NCBI GenBank assembly: GCA_934169745.1
Contig: CAKPOE010000007.1
Span: 3,733-67,732, forward strand
Direction: 5' to 3'
DNA: 64,000 bases
DNA from: an uncultured Clostridia bacterium
Lineage (GTDB): Bacteria; Bacillota; Clostridia; TANB77; UBA1234
The notes under the pieces were generated by a model, which was not told where the DNA came from, did not search any database, and worked only from the letters and a program-made list of their open reading frames with translations. Shown in pieces: positions 1-8,687 of this stretch (its first letter is position 1; the number at the start of each line of letters is the position of its first letter). The position numbers and the translations under genes were made by a program.

Positions 1-396
1 GGCACTTTAGAGACACCGGTGGCTAAGATACTTGGACTTATTAAGTATATAGGGGTTGCGGTTGCGTTTGGTATGATAATCGTAATTGGTATAAAATGGA
101 TGACTGCTGGTGCTGGAGGAAAAGCAACAGTAAAGGATACGCTTTTGCCATATTTGATTGGTGCTATTTGTGTGGGAGCTTTTGGTGCGATAGCTGAATT
201 TGCCATTAACTTTGGACAAGACAATGGTGGAAATGTAACAACAAGCACGAGTACAAGCACAAGCACAAAACAAAATACAAATACAGTACTTTGCGGATGC
301 TCTACATGCAACGGTAACCAAAAGAAATACTCGAGTTCTTCGTGCGGTTGTGCACTTTGTCAGGTAGGAGCATGTAAATGTTCTAGTTGTAAGTAG
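1..396 (+). CDS. VirB2/TrbC-like pilin-type small membrane protein (5' end cut by window edge) with (Thr-Ser)n linker and Cys-rich C-terminal tail
   Basis: The frame is open from nt 1 (track ORF 19..396). The core IKYIGVAVAFGMIIVIGIKWMTAGAGGKATVKDTLLPYLIGAICVGAF is two hydrophobic helices around a Gly/Lys loop, the VirB2/TrbC layout. It is paralogous to two segments of the next ORF. The tail (nt 292-393) carries 9 Cys as three CxCxxC motifs. Confidence 0.6.
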   Translation, partial: GTLETPVAKILGLIKYIGVAVAFGMIIVIGIKWMTAGAGGKATVKDTLLPYLIGAICVGAFGAIAEFAINFGQDNGGNVTTSTSTSTSTKQNTNTVLCGCSTCNGNQKKYSSSSCGCALCQVGACKCSSCK

Positions 397-462
397 ATAA
401 ATTTTGCAGTATTTAATTTGCGATGGTGATAGAAGTTATTTCTATCTAAGGAGAGATGAAAT

Positions 463-1236
463 ATGAAATATAATTCTAAAATTTTAAGTTTAATGACTAC
501 TTTAATATTTGCGTTTTCGCTTATGCTAGTGAGTGCCACTGCAACATATGCTGTTGACCCAAAAAGTAATGGTGGATTTACGTCAGCAACAGCAAATGGT
601 GATGAACCGGCTGGAAATAGCCAAATGCCAACATCAAATCAAGGTGGTACTAAGAATCAAGGCAAGATGGGAAAACAAAGCAATGCAGGAAATCAAGGTA
701 GCACTGGAAGTAATGGCAACACAGGGAGTGATACTTCGAAGGCACCTGATGAGATTACAAGCAAGTTAAATGAAATTAATAAAGTGTTGTTTACAGCGGC
801 CTGTATAATTTGTGTAATTAAGGCTGTACAAATTGGTATAATGTTTATGCTTAATGGGGCTGGCAGTAAGGGACAAGCTAAGTCGGCAATATTACCATGG
901 ATAATTGGTGCTGTTGTGTGTGGTGGTTACCTTTTGATCTCAACTCAAATAATAGATTTAATACAAGGCGCTGCTGGAACAGGTGGAGTTCTAAGCCCTG
1001 GAAACCCAGAAAATGTTGTAAATGATCTTGGTACTCTGATCTTGAGCTGCGTAAAATATGTTGCATATGTTGTAGCTTTTGGTGTAATTCTTGTAATTGG
1101 TATTAAATATATGACTGGTGCTGCAGGAGATAAAGCAAAGGTTAAGTCAACGTTTGTACCATATTTAATTGGTGCGATTGTTGTTGGCGCTGCATCTCAA
1201 CTTGCTATATATTTTATGGGATTGGCATCTAAATAA
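463..1236 (+). CDS. Secreted protein with two tandem VirB2/TrbC-like pilin domains behind an Asn/Gly/Ser/Thr-rich linker
   Basis: RBS AAGGAG precedes the ATG and the N-terminus is signal-peptide-like (LMTTLIFAFSLMLVSATATYA). It has two copies of the helix-loop-helix module: VIKAVQIGIMFMLNGAGSKGQAKSAILPWIIGAVVCG and YVVAFGVILVIGIKYMTGAAGDKAKVKSTFVPYLIGAIVVG. Confidence 0.65.
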   Translation: MKYNSKILSLMTTLIFAFSLMLVSATATYAVDPKSNGGFTSATANGDEPAGNSQMPTSNQGGTKNQGKMGKQSNAGNQGSTGSNGNTGSDTSKAPDEITSKLNEINKVLFTAACIICVIKAVQIGIMFMLNGAGSKGQAKSAILPWIIGAVVCGGYLLISTQIIDLIQGAAGTGGVLSPGNPENVVNDLGTLILSCVKYVAYVVAFGVILVIGIKYMTGAAGDKAKVKSTFVPYLIGAIVVGAASQLAIYFMGLASK

Positions 1237-1273
1237 TATTACAATAATGTTACATGCATATTACATTTTAATT

Positions 1274-1301
1274 AAAAATCGCATTTATGCGATTTTTTTT
1301 T
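1274..1301 (+). terminator. Intrinsic terminator after the pilin-like genes
   Basis: Stem AAAAATCGCA / TGCGATTTTT with loop TTTA, running into a T tract. An extended -10-like TGGTAAAAT follows before the next gene. Confidence 0.7.
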
Positions 1302-1382
1302 ACTTTCCTCTACAAAAAAAATAACTTTTATGGTAAAATGTAATGGAGAGATTATACTATTTTTTGATATGGGGGGTGTAAT

Positions 1383-1751
1383 ATGGGTACTCATTTAATA
1401 CCTAGAGAGGTTTCTGGTGAGGGAAGAATTTTGTATGTTTTCACACCAAAAGGTTTTTTGTATGCGTTGATCGGACTTGCTGCAGGAACAGTTGTTAAAT
1501 CACTTATATCTGTAACTGGTGCTAATGTTGTCGGATGGGCTGTTTTAGTTATCCTTACTTTAATAGGCTGGGCAATAGGGCAAGGCAAAATTCCGGATTC
1601 AAATGCTAATGCTTTTTTTAGAAAGGTCGGCGGTGTTCCGATTGATACTGTTATAAAGAGGTTTTTGAAGTTTAACAAGAACAAGAAAATATATGTCACT
1701 AAGGTGATCGATGAAAAAGAAGAAAATACAGAGGATAAAGGAGGAGTATAG
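1383..1751 (+). CDS. PrgI/VirB3-like small T4SS membrane protein
   Basis: 122 aa. The N-terminus IPREVSGEGRILYVFTPKGFLYALIGLAAG is followed by two hydrophobic helices, and the gene sits immediately upstream of the VirB4 region, as in Gram-positive T4SS loci. Assignment rests on layout and motif memory, not a search. Confidence 0.55.
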   Translation: MGTHLIPREVSGEGRILYVFTPKGFLYALIGLAAGTVVKSLISVTGANVVGWAVLVILTLIGWAIGQGKIPDSNANAFFRKVGGVPIDTVIKRFLKFNKNKKIYVTKVIDEKEENTEDKGGV

Positions 1752-1753
1752 GA

Positions 1754-3028
1754 ATGCAAATAACTGATGGTTTGACCTTATTACTTATGGGACTTATTGC
1801 AGTTTGCTCGTTGATAGGTGGAGCGATTGTCGTACTTATGATACAAAAAAGCAAGGGAAATGTAAATAAGGCTCGTGAGGATGCAGAAAAGGAATTGCAA
1901 AAAGAATCTCTAAAAGCAAAACTTCCAAAAGAAGATGTTAAAAAATTTATGGAATTTGATGACATTGAAGATGACATGATTGTTCAAGACAAAGGAAATC
2001 GTTTTGTTATGGTTCTTAAATGTACTGGTATTAATTACGACCTTATGTCAGAGCCTGAAATGCTTGCTGTTGAAGAAGGATTTGGAAACTTCCTTAACAC
2101 ATTGAAGTACCCGATTCAATTGTATGTACAAGCCAGATCTTTAAACTTGGAAGAAGGAATCGATGTATATAAAAAGAGATTACAAGGTTTAAAAGGGGAC
2201 TATGACAAGTATGCAAGTTCAGTTTCTCAAGCGAAAAAGAATCCTAGAGTAACTGAAGAGCAAAAAGCACAAATGGATTTTGAAATTAAAAAGAAAAGAA
2301 TTTTGCTTGACTATGGTGCTGATATAGTAAATTATATTGAAAAAATGAGCATGAACAGAAATATATTACAAAGAAAGTACTATGTTGTTGTTTCTTACCA
2401 TACATCAGAACTTGGAATAGCAACAAGCTTTTCTAAAGAAGAAGCTAGGGATGTAGCATATTCTGAATTATACACAAGATGTAGAAGTATTCAAGCAGCT
2501 TTGGTTCCATGTGGAATCGAGTCTACAATATTGAAATCTGAAGATTTAGCTGAACTTCTATATATTGCTTACAACAAAGATGAAGCAGATACTTATAACT
2601 TGAGAAAAGCAATCGAAAATGGTTATTATCGCTTATATTCAACATCTGAAGATGTTCAAGAAAAGAAGAAAAAGGCTTTGGATAAAGAAATTCAAGAAAA
2701 GGCTATTGCTGAAGCAGAAGAGGCTCTTCAAAATGCTATTAAAGGTCTTAATCAAAAATATCAAGGACCTTCAGCTGCAGAGACTCTTACAGAAGAGGAG
2801 AAAAAATCGGATGCTATTAAGGCTGAAGCTATGCAGATTATTATTGATAACCAAGACCAATTTGATGTAAGGGCGGTAGATAAAGCGCTTACTGATTTGA
2901 ATAGTCAAATGAAAAAGCCAATCGTAGAAGTAAAAGAAGAAAAGAAAGATGAAGAGGCTTTAGATTTTCAAAAACCACAAAGAGACAGTGATGCAGTAGA
3001 AGCAATTCTTAATAGTGACGAACAATAA
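1754..3028 (+). CDS. Membrane-anchored coiled-coil protein with a VirB4 N-terminal-domain-like region and no ATPase motifs
   Basis: RBS AAAGGAGG and a single N-terminal TM helix (LTLLLMGLIAVCSLIGGAIVVLMI). The segment MIVQDKGNRFVMVLKCTGINYDLMSEPEMLAVEEGFGNFLNTLKYPIQLYVQ resembles the start of Firmicutes VirB4/TraE-type ATPases. The Lys/Glu-rich C-terminus has no Walker motifs. Confidence 0.45.
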   Translation: MQITDGLTLLLMGLIAVCSLIGGAIVVLMIQKSKGNVNKAREDAEKELQKESLKAKLPKEDVKKFMEFDDIEDDMIVQDKGNRFVMVLKCTGINYDLMSEPEMLAVEEGFGNFLNTLKYPIQLYVQARSLNLEEGIDVYKKRLQGLKGDYDKYASSVSQAKKNPRVTEEQKAQMDFEIKKKRILLDYGADIVNYIEKMSMNRNILQRKYYVVVSYHTSELGIATSFSKEEARDVAYSELYTRCRSIQAALVPCGIESTILKSEDLAELLYIAYNKDEADTYNLRKAIENGYYRLYSTSEDVQEKKKKALDKEIQEKAIAEAEEALQNAIKGLNQKYQGPSAAETLTEEEKKSDAIKAEAMQIIIDNQDQFDVRAVDKALTDLNSQMKKPIVEVKEEKKDEEALDFQKPQRDSDAVEAILNSDEQ

Positions 3029-3054
3029 ATTACGAAAGATGGGAGGAAGTAGAT

Positions 3055-5028
3055 ATGTTTTCTAAAAAGAAACAACAAAGAGAAGAGCTAATACCTGAAA
3101 ATAATAGCTTAACTCAGAACGAAACGGAAGAGCAAAATCCTTTGCTTAAAAACAAAAAAACATTGAAAGATATGATTGCGCCTTCTGGAATAGATACAAG
3201 TGATATAAATCATATTGGAATTATTTCTAGTGTAACACGTTATGCTAGAAGCCACTATGTAGCAGGACTTCCTAGAATGGCGACATTCCCTTATTTTCTA
3301 AGAGCAATGTATGATTTTGGAGATATTAATACATCAGTATTTATAAACCCAGTAAATGAAGCTGACTCACAAAATAGTTTAAATAAAATCATTGTTTCAC
3401 TTGAGTCAGAGAGAATTGTTGCAGAAAAAAGAGGAGACATCAATAGAGAAAGACTTGTTGAAGATAAGAGAATTGAAGCCGAGCGTATAAGAGATGAGAT
3501 TGCAGCTGGCTTTAACAGATTGTTTGAAGCTAGTGTTGTATGTACCCTATTCTCGTATGAATTGCCAGAACTAGATAAGATGTCAGAGCTTTTATCTATG
3601 GAGATGTCTAAAAACCTTATAAATATTAAAAGTGCATGGGCTGTGCAGGAAGAGGCATTTAAGTCAAATTTACCGTTCAATAGAAATTACATTACAAGAA
3701 AACATACTTTTGATAGGAGCTCAATGGCAACTGTATTCCCGTTCATTGCTTCAGAAGTAGGACATCCTACGGGAATTCCTATTGGATTTGATAAACAAAC
3801 AGGACTTCCAATTTTGTACAATAACTTTCATTCATCACTTACAAACTATAACATGGTTATATTTGGTAAGTCTGGTGCTGGTAAAGGTGTTACAATAAAA
3901 ACAATAACAGCTCGTTCTTATGTTCTTATGGGAATTGAAAGCTTAGCGCTAGATGCCGAGGGTGAATATGGCATAGTTGCTGAAAGCTTAGGCGGAATAA
4001 ATGTTGTAATAAGCCCTAACTCAAAAACAATTATCAACTTGTTTGATATTGAACCTGAGATTGTAAAAGATGAAATTACAGGAAAAGATAGAACTGTATT
4101 AAACGTTGAGAATAAAGTTGAGGACGTAACAAACGCTCTTATAACAATGGCAAGAGGTAGTACACGTAGTGAAGATGTAAACGAAATTACAAAGCAGATT
4201 ATAGCTGAAACCGTTGGTGAAGAGTATCAAGCCCTAGGTATTAACAGTAATCCAAATAGCTTGTATGATGACGATAAAGTTGAGCTTGGTAGTGGTCTTA
4301 CAAGAAAGAAAAAAGATATGCCTACGATTGGTTCTTGGTATCGCAGACTTATGAGAAAAGCTGAAAATAACGATAACATAGACTATCAATTCCACTTCAG
4401 TTATTTGATTAAGGTTATGAAACAATATGTAAGAGAATTAGATGGACAGATGGCATATTTTGATGGACAATCAACATTTGAGTTGCTAGATGGAGCACCA
4501 TTTATCAACCTTGATATTTCTCAATTGGAAGAAAGATTTGCAAGACCACTTGCACAACAAATCTTGCTTTCATGGATTTGGGAAAAGTATGTTAAGAAAA
4601 ATAGTGAAGATAGAACAAAAGCTAAACAGAAGAGAGTACTTGTGGATGAAGCATGGATGTTGCTTCCATACCCTGAAGCCGTAGACTTCTTGAATACAAT
4701 GGCAAGACGTGCAAGAAAAAGAAATGTTTCACTTGCAGTTATCTCGCAGAAATTCCAAGACTTCTATGAGAATAAAGAGGCACAGGCAGTACTTACGTCT
4801 TCTGATACAAAATTGTTCTTGGCTCAGGATAAATCAGAGATAGAGTATTTAAAAGAAGTATTTAAACTAAGTGAAGGTGAAGCAAACTACTTGCTAACTT
4901 GTACAAGAGGTGAAGGACTATTTAAAGTGGGAAATGAAACAGCAATATTGGAGATAAGACCTACGGAAAGAGAGTTTAGCTTCATTGAGACAAACGTAAA
5001 TAAACTGGTTGAACAAGAAAATGAATAA
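3055..5028 (+). CDS. virB4: VirB4/TraE/PrgJ-family T4SS ATPase
   Basis: Walker A is MVIFGKSGAGKGVT and Walker B is KRVLVDEAWMLL. The N-terminal domain is IAPSGIDTSDINHIGI...RSHYVAGLPRMATFPYFLRAMYDFGDINTSVFINP. The tail (ARRARKRNVSLAVISQKFQDF) is typical of VirB4-like ATPases. Confidence 0.85.
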   Translation: MFSKKKQQREELIPENNSLTQNETEEQNPLLKNKKTLKDMIAPSGIDTSDINHIGIISSVTRYARSHYVAGLPRMATFPYFLRAMYDFGDINTSVFINPVNEADSQNSLNKIIVSLESERIVAEKRGDINRERLVEDKRIEAERIRDEIAAGFNRLFEASVVCTLFSYELPELDKMSELLSMEMSKNLINIKSAWAVQEEAFKSNLPFNRNYITRKHTFDRSSMATVFPFIASEVGHPTGIPIGFDKQTGLPILYNNFHSSLTNYNMVIFGKSGAGKGVTIKTITARSYVLMGIESLALDAEGEYGIVAESLGGINVVISPNSKTIINLFDIEPEIVKDEITGKDRTVLNVENKVEDVTNALITMARGSTRSEDVNEITKQIIAETVGEEYQALGINSNPNSLYDDDKVELGSGLTRKKKDMPTIGSWYRRLMRKAENNDNIDYQFHFSYLIKVMKQYVRELDGQMAYFDGQSTFELLDGAPFINLDISQLEERFARPLAQQILLSWIWEKYVKKNSEDRTKAKQKRVLVDEAWMLLPYPEAVDFLNTMARRARKRNVSLAVISQKFQDFYENKEAQAVLTSSDTKLFLAQDKSEIEYLKEVFKLSEGEANYLLTCTRGEGLFKVGNETAILEIRPTEREFSFIETNVNKLVEQENE

Positions 5029-5060
5029 TATGTAAATATGTTATTAGAAAGGAGGTACTG

Positions 5061-6290
5061 ATGAAAAAGAAAATAATAATTTTCACAATGTTAATATTTT
5101 TGTTAGTATCTCCTTTTAATGTTTCAGCTGCAGCAGACGATGAGCTAAACGTTGAAGAGAATATTTGGCAAGCTACTGTAGCAGAACTTAATTTAGCAAT
5201 AGGCGACTTTATTGAAAATTTAATTACAAAGGTAGTCGGTCAAAAAATTACTATACAAAATTTAATTTTCAATGAAGTTGATGCGGTAAATGCAAACTTT
5301 TTTGATCCTACCGTGAAAGGCACATCGGTACATAAAACAATACGAAAGGCTGTAAATACGTGGTATGATGTTTTTCTAACCCTAGCAGTTACGTTTTATG
5401 CTATAGCATTGTTGGCTGTTGGAATAAAAATTCTGCTTTCAGACTCAGTTGTAAGTCGTGCAAATTGGAAAGATGTTTCAATAAAATGGCTCAGTGGACT
5501 TATATTGTTGTTTACATTTAATCAAGTAATGAAGTATGCGTTTGAAGTAAATGAAATATTTCTTAAGACGATCAGAAATAGCTTTACCTCTAAAGGACAT
5601 GCAACCGGAACCAATATTGGTGATAAAGATGAATTTAATGATGTACTTTATGAATTTAGAAGTCCTGAGTATCGTTCAAAGTATAGTGGTATTTTGTCGT
5701 ATGGTGGTGCTGAATTGAATCAGGCTTACGTAAAAAGACTTACGGACTATAGCAATACGGCAGATATGATGAGAATTATGAGAGCGTATGCAGGTGTTAC
5801 AAAAAGGATAATTTTTGTTATCATATGGTTTATTTTATTATTCCAATTAATTCTTTTGCTTGTTAAGTATTACAAACGATATTTTGTGCTTGCACTGCTT
5901 ATAACGATGTTTCCACTAGTTATGATTCAATATTTGTTTGACTTAATAAAAGGACAAAATTGCAGTGGACTTACTGCGTGGATGAAAGAGTTCTTTGTAA
6001 ATGTGTTTACACAAACTATACATGCTATAATCTATGCTATAATTGCAGCGGTATGTATTGATAGAGTAAAAGAAGAGCTGCAAACGGGAAAAGGCGAATC
6101 GATGAACTGGTTGATAGTAATAATCGCTATTAACTTTATATTCCAAGGTGAAAAGATAGTTAGAAAAGTACTTGGAGTAGACGGAGCTCAATCAGCAACA
6201 GGAATAAGCGATACGGCTAAGCGAGGAAGCAAAGGAAGAAAAGATGCAGCAAAAGCCGGTGGCAATATGGTTAAGGCGTTTAGAAAATAG
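5061..6290 (+). CDS. VirB6/TrbL-like polytopic membrane protein, paralog 1 of 5 (core-only form)
   Basis: Signal peptide MKKKIIIFTMLIFLLVSPFNVSAAA. It carries the shared core blocks ITIQNLIFNEVD, YAIALLAVGIKILL, WFILLFQLILLLVKYYKRYFVLALLITMFPLVM, WMKEFFVNVFTQTIHAIIYAII and NFIFQGEKIVRKVLG. The VirB6 assignment is an inference from topology and locus position. Confidence 0.65.
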   Translation: MKKKIIIFTMLIFLLVSPFNVSAAADDELNVEENIWQATVAELNLAIGDFIENLITKVVGQKITIQNLIFNEVDAVNANFFDPTVKGTSVHKTIRKAVNTWYDVFLTLAVTFYAIALLAVGIKILLSDSVVSRANWKDVSIKWLSGLILLFTFNQVMKYAFEVNEIFLKTIRNSFTSKGHATGTNIGDKDEFNDVLYEFRSPEYRSKYSGILSYGGAELNQAYVKRLTDYSNTADMMRIMRAYAGVTKRIIFVIIWFILLFQLILLLVKYYKRYFVLALLITMFPLVMIQYLFDLIKGQNCSGLTAWMKEFFVNVFTQTIHAIIYAIIAAVCIDRVKEELQTGKGESMNWLIVIIAINFIFQGEKIVRKVLGVDGAQSATGISDTAKRGSKGRKDAAKAGGNMVKAFRK

Positions 6291-6321
6291 TAGATAATTA
6301 GGCGAAAGGAGAGTGAGGTAA

Positions 6322-8667
6322 TTGGATGTTAAAAAGAAATTTAATAGAGTTATATGTTTTATACTTGTATTTATGATGTTCATTTCCTCAACTTCTTTTG
6401 GTACAGGAGCCAGCGATAAAAGTCAGGGTCAGTTTGATTCACAAGCAGGGCAGATCGCAGATATTCTTGCGAAAGACATAAGGCTAAAAGAAATGCAATG
6501 GGAGGTTGATAAGACTACACGCTCTGTTTTCTTTGCAGAATTACCTTTACTAGAAACAAGTGGAGCTAGGTTTTATACGAAAGACGATAGCTTTAAATTA
6601 ATCTATGGTACTAATAAATCGTATAATTGTAATGTTAAATTGCTAATTGATGGAAAAGAAGTTGCTGTGAGTGATAAGATGTATTATTACGATAATTATG
6701 GCCCTATGATACAAATACCTGGAATGTATGATGCTGATAGAGCTGCAGATGATAAATATTCAACGAGTGATAGCCTTAAAGGATATGAAGGTAAAGAAAT
6801 TTCGATAAAAATAGAGATTATTGATGAACATGGTAATGTGGTGGGAAGTGCTAAGAGCGATGAGGTTTCAATTAATGATAAGAATTCCAAAATCGAAAAT
6901 CTTTCAGAAGAGTCACCAATAGTAAAAGCGCTTAAGAGCCTTTTTGATGTTGTATTTGCACCAGTAAAAGCAGCGCTTAAACTTTTGGAAAGAATCGTAA
7001 CAATGATAATATTGGCGCTTGGTGATGGTATATTGGCAATGGTATCTTCGGCTGTTGGAGAACCAGTTACGATAGATGGAGTTATTCTTGGTGACGTGAA
7101 AAAAGTTAGTATAGATTTTTGGCAAGACGCAGATGGAATAGGATATATGGCATCAATTCTAAAAGATGTCGTTAATCAATGGTATAGTGTGTTTACTGAT
7201 ATTGCATTGGCTGTATATGTGATGCTACTTTTAATAGTAGGCATAAAAATACTTTTTGCGAGCACTGGCGCTGCTAAAGCTAAGTATAAAGATATATTGA
7301 AAGATTGGGTAATAGGAATATGTATGTTACTATTATTTCCATATGTAATGAGAATGTTAGTAAATATAAATGATATATTAGTGGCTTATGTTGCAGAAGC
7401 AGGAAATGCCGTGAGAACGAAGTCTATTAAACTGGTAAATGATGAAAATATAGCAAGTTCGTTTGGAAGCGATGACTTTGTTGACCAAATGTTGGAAGAT
7501 GGTGAAAATGTAAATAATCCTACAAATACAATGGCATATATGAGAAATTTAGCTAGGACTCAAGGAAGAATTCCGCTTGCAATTGTGTATCTTATATTGA
7601 TATTTCAATTAATTGTTATTTTGTGGGTATATTACAAGAGGGCGTTTATGGTAGCTTTCTTGATAATAATATTCCCATTGGTAGCGATGACATATACCAT
7701 AGATAAAATGACAAAGGGGCTTGCACATACTAACGCTTTTAATACATGGTTTAAAGAATTTTTTGTAAATGTATTTGTACAACTTTTCCATGCAATTACA
7801 TACGTAACTATTGTTAGTGCCGGAGTTACAGCATACATAAGTAATTCAAACTGGTTCTTTATGGTATTATGTATTTCATTCTTGTTCCAAGGCGAAAAGA
7901 TATTGCGTAAAATATTTGGAGTAGAGTCTGCTGTAGGAACGATGAAAGATGTTGGTGCTTCAGCAATGGCAGCGTATAGCTTGGCTAAAAGGTTTATGCC
8001 AAGTGGTAAAAGGAAACAGAAAAAATCAGCAAGAGAACAAGATGGTGACGATTGGAGCGAAGGAGACGAGGAAGGAGAGAATGATGCTGAAGATGAAACA
8101 TCTCCATCAGCGCCTCGTCCACCAGTTACGCAAGGTGCTACACAAAATATGCAATCGATTGCAGCTGCAAGTACTAGTGGTAGTACAACATTTATGAAAA
8201 ACACACAAGCCAAAGGTGTTAGTGGGGCTAGAAAGGTTGCAAATGCAATAGGAACTGCGGCAAGAAATACAATTCCAAAGAGAATGATTGGTGGAGCAGC
8301 AAATATTATTGGAAAAGGACTTGGAGGAATAATGGGTGCAACGTATGGCCTAGCAGCAGGAGATGTTGGAAAAGCTGTTACATATGGAATTGGTGGAGCT
8401 GCTGTTGGTGGTGGTATGGCAAGAGCTGCTACAGCACCTATAAGAGGAATTTCAAATGCTTACTCGGGACGTAAATTAAAGAAAGCGGTTATGCGTGGCG
8501 ACTATGATGAAGCATTTAAGAAAGCTGGACTTGATATGAGTAGTATGGAGGCAAAAACAGCAGATCTTATAAGAAAAGCGTTAGCAGAGCAAACAAGTGC
8601 CGCTGCTAGTAGAGGAGAGAAAGTTGGAGAATATAAATTCTGGAAAACAATAGAAAAGAATAAATGA
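6322..8667 (+). CDS. VirB6/TrbL-like polytopic membrane protein, paralog 2 of 5
   Basis: TTG start after AAGGAGAGTGAGG. The ~230-aa N-terminal ectodomain is followed by the core blocks TIDGVILGDV, YVMLLLIVGIKILF, YKDILKDWVIGICMLLLFPYVM, LILIFQLIVILWVYYKRAFMVAFLIIIFPLVAMTYTIDK, WFKEFFVNVFVQLFHAITY and FLFQGEKILRKIFG. The tail is acidic then Gly/Ala-rich. Confidence 0.65.
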   Translation: MDVKKKFNRVICFILVFMMFISSTSFGTGASDKSQGQFDSQAGQIADILAKDIRLKEMQWEVDKTTRSVFFAELPLLETSGARFYTKDDSFKLIYGTNKSYNCNVKLLIDGKEVAVSDKMYYYDNYGPMIQIPGMYDADRAADDKYSTSDSLKGYEGKEISIKIEIIDEHGNVVGSAKSDEVSINDKNSKIENLSEESPIVKALKSLFDVVFAPVKAALKLLERIVTMIILALGDGILAMVSSAVGEPVTIDGVILGDVKKVSIDFWQDADGIGYMASILKDVVNQWYSVFTDIALAVYVMLLLIVGIKILFASTGAAKAKYKDILKDWVIGICMLLLFPYVMRMLVNINDILVAYVAEAGNAVRTKSIKLVNDENIASSFGSDDFVDQMLEDGENVNNPTNTMAYMRNLARTQGRIPLAIVYLILIFQLIVILWVYYKRAFMVAFLIIIFPLVAMTYTIDKMTKGLAHTNAFNTWFKEFFVNVFVQLFHAITYVTIVSAGVTAYISNSNWFFMVLCISFLFQGEKILRKIFGVESAVGTMKDVGASAMAAYSLAKRFMPSGKRKQKKSAREQDGDDWSEGDEEGENDAEDETSPSAPRPPVTQGATQNMQSIAAASTSGSTTFMKNTQAKGVSGARKVANAIGTAARNTIPKRMIGGAANIIGKGLGGIMGATYGLAAGDVGKAVTYGIGGAAVGGGMARAATAPIRGISNAYSGRKLKKAVMRGDYDEAFKKAGLDMSSMEAKTADLIRKALAEQTSAAASRGEKVGEYKFWKTIEKNK

Positions 8668-8687
8668 TTTTTAGGAGGTGGCGAAAG

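Noticed and set aside
1391-1759. Many long antisense or alternate-frame ORFs appear in the track. Examples are 1391..1759(-), 7632..8213(-), 11481..11924(-), 19001..19567(-), 23511..24005(-), 24060..24524(-), 44918..45370(-), 49112..49651(-), 58923..59345(-), 59290..59742(-), 59739..60128(-) and 2619..2870(+).
   Set aside because: Each lies entirely inside a gene with clear family motifs and an RBS on the other strand or frame. Their translations are low-complexity, with no start context. They are shadow ORFs typical of AT-rich DNA.
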